Shown here piece after piece: positions 10,919 through 20,437 of a DNA stretch of 64,000 nucleotides. The translations under genes were made by a program, and so were the position numbers. The notes beneath the pieces are model-generated. The model saw nothing but the letters and a program-made list of their open reading frames with translations. It did no database searches and had not been told where the DNA came from. The stretch lies in assembly GCA_018000455.1 (NCBI GenBank), contig JAGNJW010000001.1, forward strand, positions 262,311 to 326,310. The letters are read 5' to 3'. Positions within the stretch are counted from its first letter, which is position 1. Every line of letters begins with the position of its first letter. This stretch comes from Acidobacteriota bacterium. GTDB lineage: Bacteria; Acidobacteriota; Vicinamibacteria; Vicinamibacterales; UBA2999.

Positions 10919-11463
10919 GCCAGCGGTCGATCGTCCTCGGGCTCGCAGCTCTGCTGCTGCCGGCGGCGGCAGCCGCCCAGTCGACCGTCGAGTTCACGGT
11001 CTCGGGTACCTCGACCGTGCGCAGCTGGACGTGCACGGCGCAGGGCGTGATCGCGGTCACCCCGGGAGCCGCGGCCACGCCTTTGCCGGGCTTCGCCACC
11101 GGCGTGCAGGCCGCCACCGTCACGGTGCCGCTCAAGAGCTTCAGGTGCCCCAGCGACGAGATGACGCAGCACCTCAACGAGACGATGAAGTCCGACAAGT
11201 TCCCGGAGATCGTCTATCGCCTCGACAAGTACGACGTCGCCGGTGGGCAGGCGCAGGTCACGGGCACGATGACGATCACCGGCGTCTCGCAGCCGGTGAC
11301 CGTGCCGGTGACGTTGACGGCGTCTGACAAGGGCGTGCAGGTCGAGGGCAACGTGCGCCTCGAGTTCGCGACCTTCAGCATCGATCCGCCCACGGTGTTC
11401 CTCGGCATGCTGAAGGTCGGGCCGCAGTTGCGCATCACCGTCAAGGGCACGATCGCGCGCTGA
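10915..11463 (+). CDS. YceI-like periplasmic (polyisoprenoid-binding) protein
   Basis: Signal peptide followed by a YceI-like pattern: STVEFTVSGTSTVRSW...KSDKFPEIVYRL...VTGTMTITGVSQPVTVPVTL...FSIDPP. Confidence 0.75.
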   Translation: MSQRSIVLGLAALLLPAAAAAQSTVEFTVSGTSTVRSWTCTAQGVIAVTPGAAATPLPGFATGVQAATVTVPLKSFRCPSDEMTQHLNETMKSDKFPEIVYRLDKYDVAGGQAQVTGTMTITGVSQPVTVPVTLTASDKGVQVEGNVRLEFATFSIDPPTVFLGMLKVGPQLRITVKGTIAR

Positions 11464-11668
11464 GCAGACGTCAATGGGCTCGCGCGTCCGGGCCCGGTGC
11501 CGCCACACCCGCCGCCGACGCAAGCTGCCGCTCGCGTTGCGCGCGGGGCCGTGTGCGCGCGGCGCGATGTCTTGCGTAAGTCCGGCAGGCGCCTGATAAT
11601 CCCGGTAGGCGCGCATTCAATCAGGGACCGGAACTGCACCATGTCCATCTGGTGCACCGTGGTCCTCC

Positions 11669-13036
11669 ATGGTACGCAAGGGCGTCACCGTCCCCGAGAG
11701 CACTGTCCCCGAGAGCATCCCATTGAACAATCACCTCAGGCGTTCTCATAGAGCACCGTTCGTGCTTGGCGTTCCGGTCGTTGCGTTCGCGACGATCTTG
11801 GCATCCGCGCAACAGGCGCCGGCGCCAATGCAGTTGGCTATTCGCGCCGCGCATCTCATTGACGTCGTCACCGGTACGCGCACAGACGACGTGACCGTCC
11901 TCATCGAGGGTGACCGGATCGTGCGGGTGGGGCGCGAATTGGCCGTTCCGGAGGGGACCCGAACAATCGACCTGGGCGGCGCAACACTGCTGCCAGGGTT
12001 GATCGATGTGCACACGCATCTGACATCGCAGAGTGGCGACTACTACACGAATCTGTTTCGTCGCAGTCCGATCGACGACGCGGTCCGCGCTCCGACCTAT
12101 GCGAAGCGCACGCTCGAGGCAGGGTTTACCACAGTACGTGACGTCGCCGCTCCCGAGTATGTTGACGTCGCGTTGCGCGACGCGATCAATGACGGGACCG
12201 TCGTCGGACCCCGCATGGCCGTTGCCACGCTGGCCATCAGCGCCACCGGCGGTCATGGGGACTTGAACGGGTTTTCGCCGTACCTGCATATTGCGGGGGT
12301 TTCGGGTGTCGCCGACGGCGTCGACGAGATCCGGAAACGCGTGCGCGAGAACATCAAGCGCGGCGCCGATGTCATCAAGGTGCTCGCCGGCGCCGGCGTA
12401 CTGTCGGAGGAGGAATCGGCGGGCGCGCCGCAGTATTCACAAGAGGAATTGAACGCGCTGGTCGGCGAAGCCACGATGTGGGGGCGCAAGGTCGCCGCCC
12501 ACGCGCACGGCACGGAGGCCATCAAGCGTGCCGTGATCGCCGGCGTGGCGAGTGTCGAGCACGGTGGGCTGGTTGACGCGGAGACGGTACGTCTCATGAT
12601 GACGAATGGCACGTTCCTCGTGCCCGACATCCTTACGGACGTCCATATCCTCGAACACGGCACCGAACTCGGTTTGCCGCAAAAGATCATTGACAAGGAG
12701 AAGTGGCTTCGGGGCCAACAGGACGCCAATTGGACGCACGCCTACAAGGCCGGTGTGAAGTTCGCATTCGGCACCGATGCCGGTGTGTATCCGCACGGGC
12801 AGAATGCGAAGCAGTTCTCGCTGCTGGTGACACACATCGGCATGTCACCCGCCGATGTGATCCGGATGGCGACGGTCAACGCCGCCGAACTGCTGGGTTG
12901 GTCGGATAAGGTGGGTCGCGTGGCGCCCGGATACTACGCCGACTTGATTGCCGTGGACGCCGATCCGCTCAGCGACGTGACGGCCTTGGAGCGGGTGCGC
13001 TGGGTCATGAAGGGTGGAATCGTGTATCGCGACTGA
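11669..13036 (+). CDS. amidohydrolase-family metal-dependent hydrolase (exported)
   Basis: LLPGLIDVHTH metal-binding motif, AHAHG, VEHG and FGTDAGV motifs typical of the amidohydrolase superfamily. Hydrophobic signal VLGVPVVAFATILASAQQ. The start is uncertain because the N-region is long. Confidence 0.85.
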   Translation: MVRKGVTVPESTVPESIPLNNHLRRSHRAPFVLGVPVVAFATILASAQQAPAPMQLAIRAAHLIDVVTGTRTDDVTVLIEGDRIVRVGRELAVPEGTRTIDLGGATLLPGLIDVHTHLTSQSGDYYTNLFRRSPIDDAVRAPTYAKRTLEAGFTTVRDVAAPEYVDVALRDAINDGTVVGPRMAVATLAISATGGHGDLNGFSPYLHIAGVSGVADGVDEIRKRVRENIKRGADVIKVLAGAGVLSEEESAGAPQYSQEELNALVGEATMWGRKVAAHAHGTEAIKRAVIAGVASVEHGGLVDAETVRLMMTNGTFLVPDILTDVHILEHGTELGLPQKIIDKEKWLRGQQDANWTHAYKAGVKFAFGTDAGVYPHGQNAKQFSLLVTHIGMSPADVIRMATVNAAELLGWSDKVGRVAPGYYADLIAVDADPLSDVTALERVRWVMKGGIVYRD

Positions 13037-13167
13037 TGCCCGTGCCGACGGTCCTTTGTGGATCCGGCAGTTGCGTGAGGGCAAGAGTGGGCGGCGGAAG
13101 ACGGAGGGGAAGGAGTGGGGGAGGGTGAGGGCCGGGAGGCTCACGGAGCCCCCCGGCCAGATTCGGG

Positions 13168-16005
13168 TTACCAGATAAAGCGGACGCCCAGTTCTCCCTG
13201 TGTGCCCGGCCGCGCGCTGAAGATGCGGCCGAAGTTGCTCGACAGGGCGTTGCCGACCCGGCCCACCAGGTTGTCGGTGTTGAACAGGTTGAACGCCTGC
13301 GCCAGCACCTGGAGCTTCACGCGCCCGCCGATCTGGAAGTCCTTGCTGGCGCGCACGTCGACCATGTTGATGCGCGAACTGTCGATCTGCGAGGCGTCGA
13401 TCGGCGACAGCCCCTGGCTGGCCCGGTAGGCGGCGACCGTCGCCAGGTCCAGCGTCCGGCTGCCGGCGTTACGCGTCGTGCCGGGCACCAGGTCGGAGTT
13501 GAAGCCGTCGCCGTTCAGGTCGCGGCCGGCCGTGGCCGACCACGGCAGCTCCGAGCGCCAGGACCAGATGGCGCCGAGCGTGATGTCAGCCGGCAGCAGC
13601 GCGGAGCCGCTGGCGATGATCGCGTGGCGACGCTCGCCAGACGAGGGCCCCCAGTCCCGGCCGAGGTCGAACGGATCCAGGTAGCGGCCGAGCAGGTTGT
13701 TGTCATCGCTCCGTGTGTAGGTGTAGCTGACGAGCGCCTGGGTCCGCCGGCTGTACCGCTTCTCGAGCTTCACGTAGACGGCCTTGTAGTCGAGCGACCC
13801 GGTGGACTGGTTCCGATCGACACGCCCGAAGACCGGATTGGGACGGTCCCGCGTGCCCGGGTCGCGCGGGTTGATGTCCAGGATCTTGCGGTCGTGGTTG
13901 GTGTCCGTGTAGACCGCGTCCACGTGCAGCGCCAGGTCACCCGTGAGGTGGTGTGACGCCCCGACGCTGTACTGGTTCGAGTACGGCTGTACGTAGTCGT
14001 TGGCGACGACGGTGATATTCGTCGGGGCCGAGACGATGAACTCGGCCGGGTCGCGCCCGCCGTAGGGGTCCGGGTAGGACGGGTTCGTGATGTTGACGCT
14101 GAACACCTTGTAGTTGCGGAACTCGTTCAGGTTCCCGAGGATCCGCACGTGCCCGTAGTAGAGGCCGTACCCTGTCCGGAAGACCGTCTCGCCGTTGCCG
14201 AAGACGTCCCACGCCAGGCCGACACGCGGCCCCCAGTTGTTGGTGTCCCCACGCTTCGACACGTCGATATAGGGGATCTCGACGGGAAACACCGACGGGT
14301 CCAGGTCCTCGTTGGCCGCGCCATAGAGCCGCTCGTAGCGCAGCCCCAGGTTCAGCGTCATGTTGTCGCGCACCTTCCACGAGTCCTGCACGAAGGCCAC
14401 GGAGTAGTGCGTGGGGTGCTTGGTGTTGACCGGCGGCAGGCTCGCGCTGAAGGTCGTCGCGCCGGTCAGCGCGGCGATCGACGCCGGGTCGTTCGGGTCG
14501 TAGTACTGGTCGGTGGCGAAGGTGTACGACCCGAGGATGTTACCGGTGTTCTCCTCCTGGTATGGCATGTAGCTGTAGTCGAACCCGAACTTGATGTCGT
14601 GATCGCCAGCGGCGATCGTGTAGGTGTCCTTGATCTGGTAGCGGCCCTCGGGGCCGAGTTCGTCGAAGCTGCTGCCGAAGGACATCGACGGGAAGTTCAG
14701 GCCCTGGCTCAGGCGGCTCATGCGCTCGGGCGGGAAGCTTCCGGTCTCGGTGAAGATCTTCGTGCCGGCCGGCGCGATGTAGTACGCCGCGGTCGCGATC
14801 TGGATGCGGAAGTCGTTGAGCTGCCGCGCCCCACGCACCCAGGTGTGCCCGACGACCAGCGACGTGCGCGGCACCTCGATGTCGTAGCCGGCCGAGCTCG
14901 CCGTCGTCCCGCCGCACCCGTTGCACTCGCTGCGCTCCTGCTCCTGGGCCCACCGGGCGAACATCGACTGGGTGTTGCTCACCTGGTAGTCGGCGCGGCC
15001 CAGGTAGAGGTTGCGCGTGAAGGGCTTCTTGAACGTCCCCTCGACCGCGGAGTAGAACTGCGGCAACCCGGTGTTGACCGTGTAGAACTCGTCCACCTGC
15101 GTCCGCTCGACCGCGCCGAAGAAGTGCATGCGGTCACGGATGATGGGGCCGCCCGTGCTGACGCCGAACTGGTGGCGCCGGAACTCGGGCTTCTCGGTCT
15201 CGAACAGGCCTTTGGCGTTCAGGGCCTTGTCGCGGAAGTACTCGAAGGCGCTGCCCGTGAACGCGTTGGTGCCCGACTTGGTCACGACCTGCACGACGCC
15301 GCCGGTGGCCAGGCCGAACTCGGCCGGGTACTGCTGGTTGCTGACCTTGAACTCCTGAACCGCGTCCTGCGGCAGGTTCTGGCGCGGCTCGCCGTCCTCG
15401 GCCATGTTGTTGATCATGCCGTCGACGATGTTGCCGGTGCTGTTGAAGCTCATCGAGCCGCCGACGTTGACGGTCGGGAAGAACGACCGGGTCGCGTCCA
15501 CGCTGGTGCCCGGCATGAGGAGGGCGAGCGAGAGATACTGCCGTGAGTTGATCGGCAGGGCCTCGATTTGTTCCTGCGTGACCACGCCCGACACTTCGGC
15601 CTTGGTCGTATCCACGACCGGCGTCTCGCCGCTCACGATGATGGACTCGGTCAACGCGCCGATCTTGAGCGAGAAGTCCTGCTTGAGGGCGAGACCAATC
15701 GTCATCTCGATGTCCCGCACCTCCTGGGGCGTGAAGCCGGCCAGCTCCACCAGCAGCCGGTAGCGCCCGGGACCGAGGGCCGGGAAGCGGTAGCGGCCGT
15801 CAGCCTCGGTCACCGCCACGCGCTGAACGCCGCTCGCCTGGTTCTGCAGGGTGACGGTCACGCCCGGCAGGACCCCGCCCTGCTCGTCCTGCACCGCGCC
15901 CTCGATTTGTCCCGTGCCACCCTGCGCGCTTGCCAGCGCTGGCGCGATTGCCCACAGGGCTAGAGCCGCCGCTCCGGCCACCAACCATCCACGACAACGT
16001 TGCAT
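13168..16005 (-). CDS. TonB-dependent receptor-like outer membrane protein with carboxypeptidase-regulatory-like domain (paralogue type of 6418..9354)
   Basis: ATG at 16005 with GGAG upstream. Signal MQRCRGWLVAGAAALALWAIAPALASAQ, then GTGQIEGAVQDEQGGVLPGVTVTLQNQASG...YRLLVELAGF, ending in RFIW. The ORF-track extension to 16584 overlaps the neighbouring gene and is Arg-rich. Confidence 0.85.
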   Translation of the reverse strand: MQRCRGWLVAGAAALALWAIAPALASAQGGTGQIEGAVQDEQGGVLPGVTVTLQNQASGVQRVAVTEADGRYRFPALGPGRYRLLVELAGFTPQEVRDIEMTIGLALKQDFSLKIGALTESIIVSGETPVVDTTKAEVSGVVTQEQIEALPINSRQYLSLALLMPGTSVDATRSFFPTVNVGGSMSFNSTGNIVDGMINNMAEDGEPRQNLPQDAVQEFKVSNQQYPAEFGLATGGVVQVVTKSGTNAFTGSAFEYFRDKALNAKGLFETEKPEFRRHQFGVSTGGPIIRDRMHFFGAVERTQVDEFYTVNTGLPQFYSAVEGTFKKPFTRNLYLGRADYQVSNTQSMFARWAQEQERSECNGCGGTTASSAGYDIEVPRTSLVVGHTWVRGARQLNDFRIQIATAAYYIAPAGTKIFTETGSFPPERMSRLSQGLNFPSMSFGSSFDELGPEGRYQIKDTYTIAAGDHDIKFGFDYSYMPYQEENTGNILGSYTFATDQYYDPNDPASIAALTGATTFSASLPPVNTKHPTHYSVAFVQDSWKVRDNMTLNLGLRYERLYGAANEDLDPSVFPVEIPYIDVSKRGDTNNWGPRVGLAWDVFGNGETVFRTGYGLYYGHVRILGNLNEFRNYKVFSVNITNPSYPDPYGGRDPAEFIVSAPTNITVVANDYVQPYSNQYSVGASHHLTGDLALHVDAVYTDTNHDRKILDINPRDPGTRDRPNPVFGRVDRNQSTGSLDYKAVYVKLEKRYSRRTQALVSYTYTRSDDNNLLGRYLDPFDLGRDWGPSSGERRHAIIASGSALLPADITLGAIWSWRSELPWSATAGRDLNGDGFNSDLVPGTTRNAGSRTLDLATVAAYRASQGLSPIDASQIDSSRINMVDVRASKDFQIGGRVKLQVLAQAFNLFNTDNLVGRVGNALSSNFGRIFSARPGTQGELGVRFIW

Positions 16006-16070
16006 TCTCAATCTCCACTCCGGGAATTCGTTCAATCCATGCACCGGCGCCGGTCCTGACGCCGGCCTCA

Positions 16071-18170
16071 CTACCGCGACCCGCCAGCGCTGAAGTGCTT
16101 GTCGTACCACGCCAGGCTCCGGTCGATGATGTCGATGAGGTGGCCGGTCTGGCGAATGCCGTGGCCCTCGAACTGGTAGCGCAGCATGATCGTCTCGACG
16201 CCGACGTCCTTGAGTGCGATGTAGTACTGCTCGGCCTCCGCAATCGGCACGTCGTTGTCGTTCTCCCCGTGCACGAACATCACCGGCGTCTTCACGTTCG
16301 CGACGTAGCGCAGCGCCGAGCGCTGCCACAGGAAGTCCATCAGGTTCATGGCGTCGCCGGCCGCCGCCGGCCGCTTGCCGGCCGGCCACGTCTCGTGGGG
16401 CAGCATGCCGAACTCCACGGCGAGGTAGTCGTGGTAGTAGGACATGTAGTTGAAGCTCACGAGGTTGGCGATCCCCGCGGCGGGGATCGCGGCCTTGAAC
16501 CTGTCGGTCTGCGTGATGAGCCAGTCGGTCAACTGGCCGCCGTAGCTGCCGCCTTCGATGCCGAGGCGGTCTGCGTCGAGCCACGGGTAGCGGGCGAGAG
16601 CCGCATCAATCCCTGCGAGGACGTCCTGGGCCTCCGCCCCGTTCTGGTCCCCGAAGATGGCGTCGGCCACTGCCTGGCCGTAGCCGGTCGAGCCGCGGTA
16701 GTTGACCATCAGGACCGCGAAGCCGTGGGCCGCATAGACCTGCGCCTTGGCGTTGAACGTCGGTCCCTGCTGGCCGTGCGGTCCCCCCTTGATCATCGCG
16801 ACGAGCGGGGACTTCCGGGCCGGGTCCACGTGGAGCGGGCGCGTGAGGAACGCCTCGATCTGGAGGCCGTTGACGCTCGTGAACTGCAGCGCCTCGACGG
16901 GCGCCACCGAACGGCTCGCCAGGAGCTCGGCATTGATCGAGGTGAGCGCCCGGACCGCGCCGGCTCCGCTGCGGAAGTACAACTCGGAGGGTGCCCCCGG
17001 GGTCTCCAGCGTGTAGGCGATCAGTCCGTTCGGGCCCGCCGACCACCCGCCGATTTGTCCTCGCTCGGCTGCGGCTGGCACGACCACCGTCGGCGCATTG
17101 CCCTCCGGGTCGAACCGGTAGAGTCGCGTGCTGCCGCGCTCCTGGACGGTGGCCAGGACGGTCCGCCCGTCCCGCGACCAGCCCGGGTCGCCCTGCCGGT
17201 TGTCGAGCCGGCCCAGCTCCCGACGCCCGGAGCCGGTGGCGCCGATCAGCCACACGTGCGTGTCCTCCATCGTCGTCTCCGACGAGGTGAGGTCGCGCGT
17301 CGTGCCCAGGTACGCCAGCGTGCTGCCGTCGGGCGACCAGACGGGACGGTACTCGGCGCTCTTGGTGTCGGTGAGCCGCTTGATGGAGCCGTCGGCGACC
17401 GCCACCGTGAAGATGTCGTAGTTGAAGAAGCGATCGGGATCCGACTCGCGGTTCGAGACGAAGGCGATCACGTCCCCGCGCGGCGACCAGTCGATCGAGT
17501 GCTCGTAGTAGTCGCCCGTGGTCAACTGCTTGACGGCGCGCGTGCCGACGTCCACCGTGAAGATGTGCAGGCGGCGGTTGTCGTTGAATCGCGTGGCGCC
17601 CTCCGACGCCGTGGGCTTGTACAGGTACCGGGTGATCACCATGGGGTCGCCGTTGGCGTCCTCGGTCTCGGGACCCGGCGTCGCCGCGATGAACGCAATC
17701 TGCCGGCTGTCGGGGGACCACGTCAGCCGCTCGCCCGATGACGGCAAGGGGTGGTTGGTGCCCAGTACCTCGGCGAGGAACGTCACCGCGGTCCCGTCGG
17801 GCCGCGCGATCATCAGCCCGGACTTCCCCTCGTGACGCCCGAAGAAGGCGATCCAGGCGCCATTGGGCGACCACCGCGGTCCGGAGGCGCCATCGGCCTC
17901 CGACCCGAACCGGGTGGACTGGCCCGTGGCGACGTTCACGATCCGGACTTCGGTGGACGGGCGCCCTGGGCCATCGGCGTGCTGCACCGAATATGCGATG
18001 TGCGCACCGTCGGGCGAGACTTCGACCCCGGTGATGGCCTTCAGCCGGTGCAGATCGGCGCTCGAAAAGCCGGGATTCTGGGCCCACGCCGGGGCGATCC
18101 CAAGACCGAGCACGACCAGTGCGACCAGGGAGGCACGCGACACTCCCGCCCAACCCAAACGGCTGCCCAT
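16071..18170 (-). CDS. S9-family serine peptidase (TolB-like beta-propeller + prolyl oligopeptidase/acylaminoacyl-peptidase domain)
   Basis: Propeller repeats (SPDGAHIAY, SPNGAWIAF, SPDSRQIAF, SPRGDVIAF, SPDGSTLAY). Catalytic GGSYGG serine motif and C-terminal HGENDNDVP...EGHG. Signal peptide follows Met at 18170; an alternative start is at 18218. Confidence 0.85.
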   Translation of the reverse strand: MGSRLGWAGVSRASLVALVVLGLGIAPAWAQNPGFSSADLHRLKAITGVEVSPDGAHIAYSVQHADGPGRPSTEVRIVNVATGQSTRFGSEADGASGPRWSPNGAWIAFFGRHEGKSGLMIARPDGTAVTFLAEVLGTNHPLPSSGERLTWSPDSRQIAFIAATPGPETEDANGDPMVITRYLYKPTASEGATRFNDNRRLHIFTVDVGTRAVKQLTTGDYYEHSIDWSPRGDVIAFVSNRESDPDRFFNYDIFTVAVADGSIKRLTDTKSAEYRPVWSPDGSTLAYLGTTRDLTSSETTMEDTHVWLIGATGSGRRELGRLDNRQGDPGWSRDGRTVLATVQERGSTRLYRFDPEGNAPTVVVPAAAERGQIGGWSAGPNGLIAYTLETPGAPSELYFRSGAGAVRALTSINAELLASRSVAPVEALQFTSVNGLQIEAFLTRPLHVDPARKSPLVAMIKGGPHGQQGPTFNAKAQVYAAHGFAVLMVNYRGSTGYGQAVADAIFGDQNGAEAQDVLAGIDAALARYPWLDADRLGIEGGSYGGQLTDWLITQTDRFKAAIPAAGIANLVSFNYMSYYHDYLAVEFGMLPHETWPAGKRPAAAGDAMNLMDFLWQRSALRYVANVKTPVMFVHGENDNDVPIAEAEQYYIALKDVGVETIMLRYQFEGHGIRQTGHLIDIIDRSLAWYDKHFSAGGSR

Positions 18171-18319
18171 AGATTCCCGCCTTCTGCAGAGAAACGCGTT
18201 CGTGGAGCCAGCCGCCACGCGGCGAACGGCTACTCAAGCGCACAGTGTCCCCCGGGCGGCCGGGAGGAAGGCCGGGGGACGGACGACCACTCGAGAGGAG
18301 GCGCAGGAAACCACCCAGG

Positions 18320-18343
18320 CGCAGGTCCCGTCCGGGACCTGCG
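18320..18343 (-). terminator. stem-loop downstream of the RIC gene (candidate intrinsic terminator, weak U tract)
   Basis: Perfect 10-bp stem CGCAGGTCCC/GGGACCTGCG with a 4-nt loop, about 24 nt after the stop at 18367. Confidence 0.4.
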
Positions 18344-18366
18344 TGACCGACAGCGTCGTTACGCCA

Positions 18367-19101
18367 CTATTGAACCGCGCTCACCAACTGCTTCTGCAGG
18401 GCAATCGCACGTGGAAACATGATGTTGTTTTCGAGGTGGATGTGCCGATGCAAGTCTTCCTCGAAATCCTTCAGCATGGAAAACGCCGCTGAATACGTGG
18501 CACAGCCGTCGGCGGGCGTCGTGAAACCATTGCTCAAGGCAGCCATGCGTTCGAAACGTTCACCTTCTTCAAGGTGATCGGCCATCATCATGTGTACGGG
18601 ATTCTCTACCGAACCAAATGATGGTTGCGGGAGCGGCGCGCCGGCCCGTTCACTTTGTCCCAGGCTGCGCACGAATGGGAACAGCACGGCCTCTTCCTTG
18701 TGCATGTGCTCCGCCATGGCTGCCACGCAGGCGTTGAACTCTTCGGCTAGTTGGAACAGTTCGGGATGACGACCGCCGTGCACCTTGCACAACTTCGCCA
18801 AATACTGCTGAATGACCGGGCCGCGCTCTTCGACAAACCGGTGATGCACCGTTTCCACATGATCGGCCAATTTCTCCAGCGGCCATTGCGCGGCATCGTC
18901 GCCCGATTTCGCATCACGGGCCAACACTGTAGCGATCGCATCAGCGAGCTGCGCCTCATCGATGCTCTTCTTCTGGCAGACTTCCTGGATCGTCCGGCCG
19001 CCTTTACAACAGAAATCAATACCGTACTTGGTGAAGACAGCGGCCGCGCGATAGTCCTCGGCGACAATAGAGCCAACGGTACGTTCAGGTGTGATTTGCA
19101 T
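18367..19101 (-). CDS. ytfE: iron-sulfur cluster repair di-iron protein (RIC/YtfE/ScdA family)
   Basis: ScdA_N-type N-terminus (YGIDFCCKGGRTIQEVC) followed by hemerythrin-like His/Glu-rich helices (HHRFVEE, HMHKEE, HIHLENN). Confidence 0.9.
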   Translation of the reverse strand: MQITPERTVGSIVAEDYRAAAVFTKYGIDFCCKGGRTIQEVCQKKSIDEAQLADAIATVLARDAKSGDDAAQWPLEKLADHVETVHHRFVEERGPVIQQYLAKLCKVHGGRHPELFQLAEEFNACVAAMAEHMHKEEAVLFPFVRSLGQSERAGAPLPQPSFGSVENPVHMMMADHLEEGERFERMAALSNGFTTPADGCATYSAAFSMLKDFEEDLHRHIHLENNIMFPRAIALQKQLVSAVQ

Positions 19102-19161
19102 GTTCGGTCTCGGTATCAGTGAAGCGCCACACGGTTGGCGCTGGGGAAAAATGGTGCGTCT

Positions 19162-19791
19162 CTACGGGACCACCCGGTACGAGCATGAGTTGCCACCGGC
19201 GGGGATATAGCTCTCTCGCATGAGTTCCTCACCGAGCAGTTCCCCGATCAGTCCGATTTCGGCCACACACGGTATGGTGGTTTCGTCAACCATGGACTTG
19301 ATGGGGCAGTGACAGAGCCGCAATTGCGGTGCGTCGTTGCTGCCTTCAACCACCGCCATGAATCCGAGTTCGGTGAAAATGCGCCCCACTTCTTCCACCC
19401 GCGCTCGGCCTTGAAGGTGACGCACCCGCGCCAACGCATCGGCGCGACGTCCGCCAATGTGAGCTTTGAAAAACCCTTTCAGCAGATGACCGTGACCACG
19501 GTTCATCAAATAGGCGGTCAGTTCGCGCAGCGTATCGCCCTCACGACGAGGAAAAAACGCTTCCGCCGCATCGGTCACGACATATACCACCTCGGGTCGT
19601 CCAGGACCCGTGCTCCGACTTCCATCCCGTCGTGCCAACCCTGACGCCACGAGGCTCCGGAGATGCCCGCGAACCGTCTCGATATTGAGGCCGACTTCCT
19701 CGGCCAACTCAGGAATGGTCGAGTGCCCACGCTCTTTCAAGCGGCCGAGTATGGACTGCTGGCTCTCGCCGAGCCCCGGTGCGTTCAGCAT
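19162..19791 (-). CDS. ArsR-like winged-helix transcriptional regulator with Cys-containing C-terminal domain (COG2345-like)
   Basis: HTH segment ILGRLKERGHSTIPELAEEVGLNIETVRGHLRSLVASGLA. C-terminal LRLCHCP...PCVAE...CSY cysteines. Sits directly upstream of the RIC gene on the same strand. Confidence 0.7.
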   Translation of the reverse strand: MLNAPGLGESQQSILGRLKERGHSTIPELAEEVGLNIETVRGHLRSLVASGLARRDGSRSTGPGRPEVVYVVTDAAEAFFPRREGDTLRELTAYLMNRGHGHLLKGFFKAHIGGRRADALARVRHLQGRARVEEVGRIFTELGFMAVVEGSNDAPQLRLCHCPIKSMVDETTIPCVAEIGLIGELLGEELMRESYIPAGGNSCSYRVVP

Positions 19792-20045
19792 GGAGTTGCC
19801 ACGTGCCGAGACTACCCTGCTACCGCATAATTATCAAGTCAATAGCCATGACAATTATCCGCGCGCTGCACGCGGGGACGCGTCCTCGGGGGAAAACATA
19901 CGGCTGCGCTGGCTCGAAGGCCGGCGCCGACGGCGCGCCGGTGACAGAAGGCATGGTGAGGGGAATCGCGCAGAACGTCCGCTAGTCCACGAGAGGAAAC
20001 GCTCCATGCGGCCATCGACCTTTCGTGCTTCCGGGCTCCGGCTGA

Positions 20046-20363
20046 TTGTCAGTGCGGGATTTCTGCCAGCGCCGCAGAATCCCCGAGTATCGCCGCTATG
20101 TGGTCGAGGATGCTCAGCAACGGCTGCGGGACCTGGTGGCCGAAGAGTCGCGCACCTGGGTCGAAATCGCCGACATGGTGGTCAGTGGGCGCGCGCATCG
20201 CAAGATCCTTCGTGCCGCCGAGACGACGCCGGCTGACCTCATCGTCATTGGCGCGCAGGGCAGGGGCGGTGTGGGCCTCGCACTATTCGGATCGACGACG
20301 CAACAGATCGTTCGTGGCGCTACCTGCCCAGTCCTCACGGTGCGGGGGGTGCCACAGGCGTAA
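20046..20363 (+). pseudogene. universal stress protein (UspA family), C-terminal part only
   Basis: The C-terminal USP signature is present (ADLIVIGAQGRGGVGLALFGSTTQQIVRGATCPVLTV). The N-terminal beta1-alpha1 region is absent. The ORF opens with TTG, and two in-frame stops lie just upstream (TAG 19982, TGA ~20043). Confidence 0.55.
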
Positions 20364-20437
20364 TGAAGCGAACCATGCTGTCAGGCGGATGACCCTCGAC
20401 AGCCTCCGCACGCGATGGCCTGCATGGCCGTCATCCG

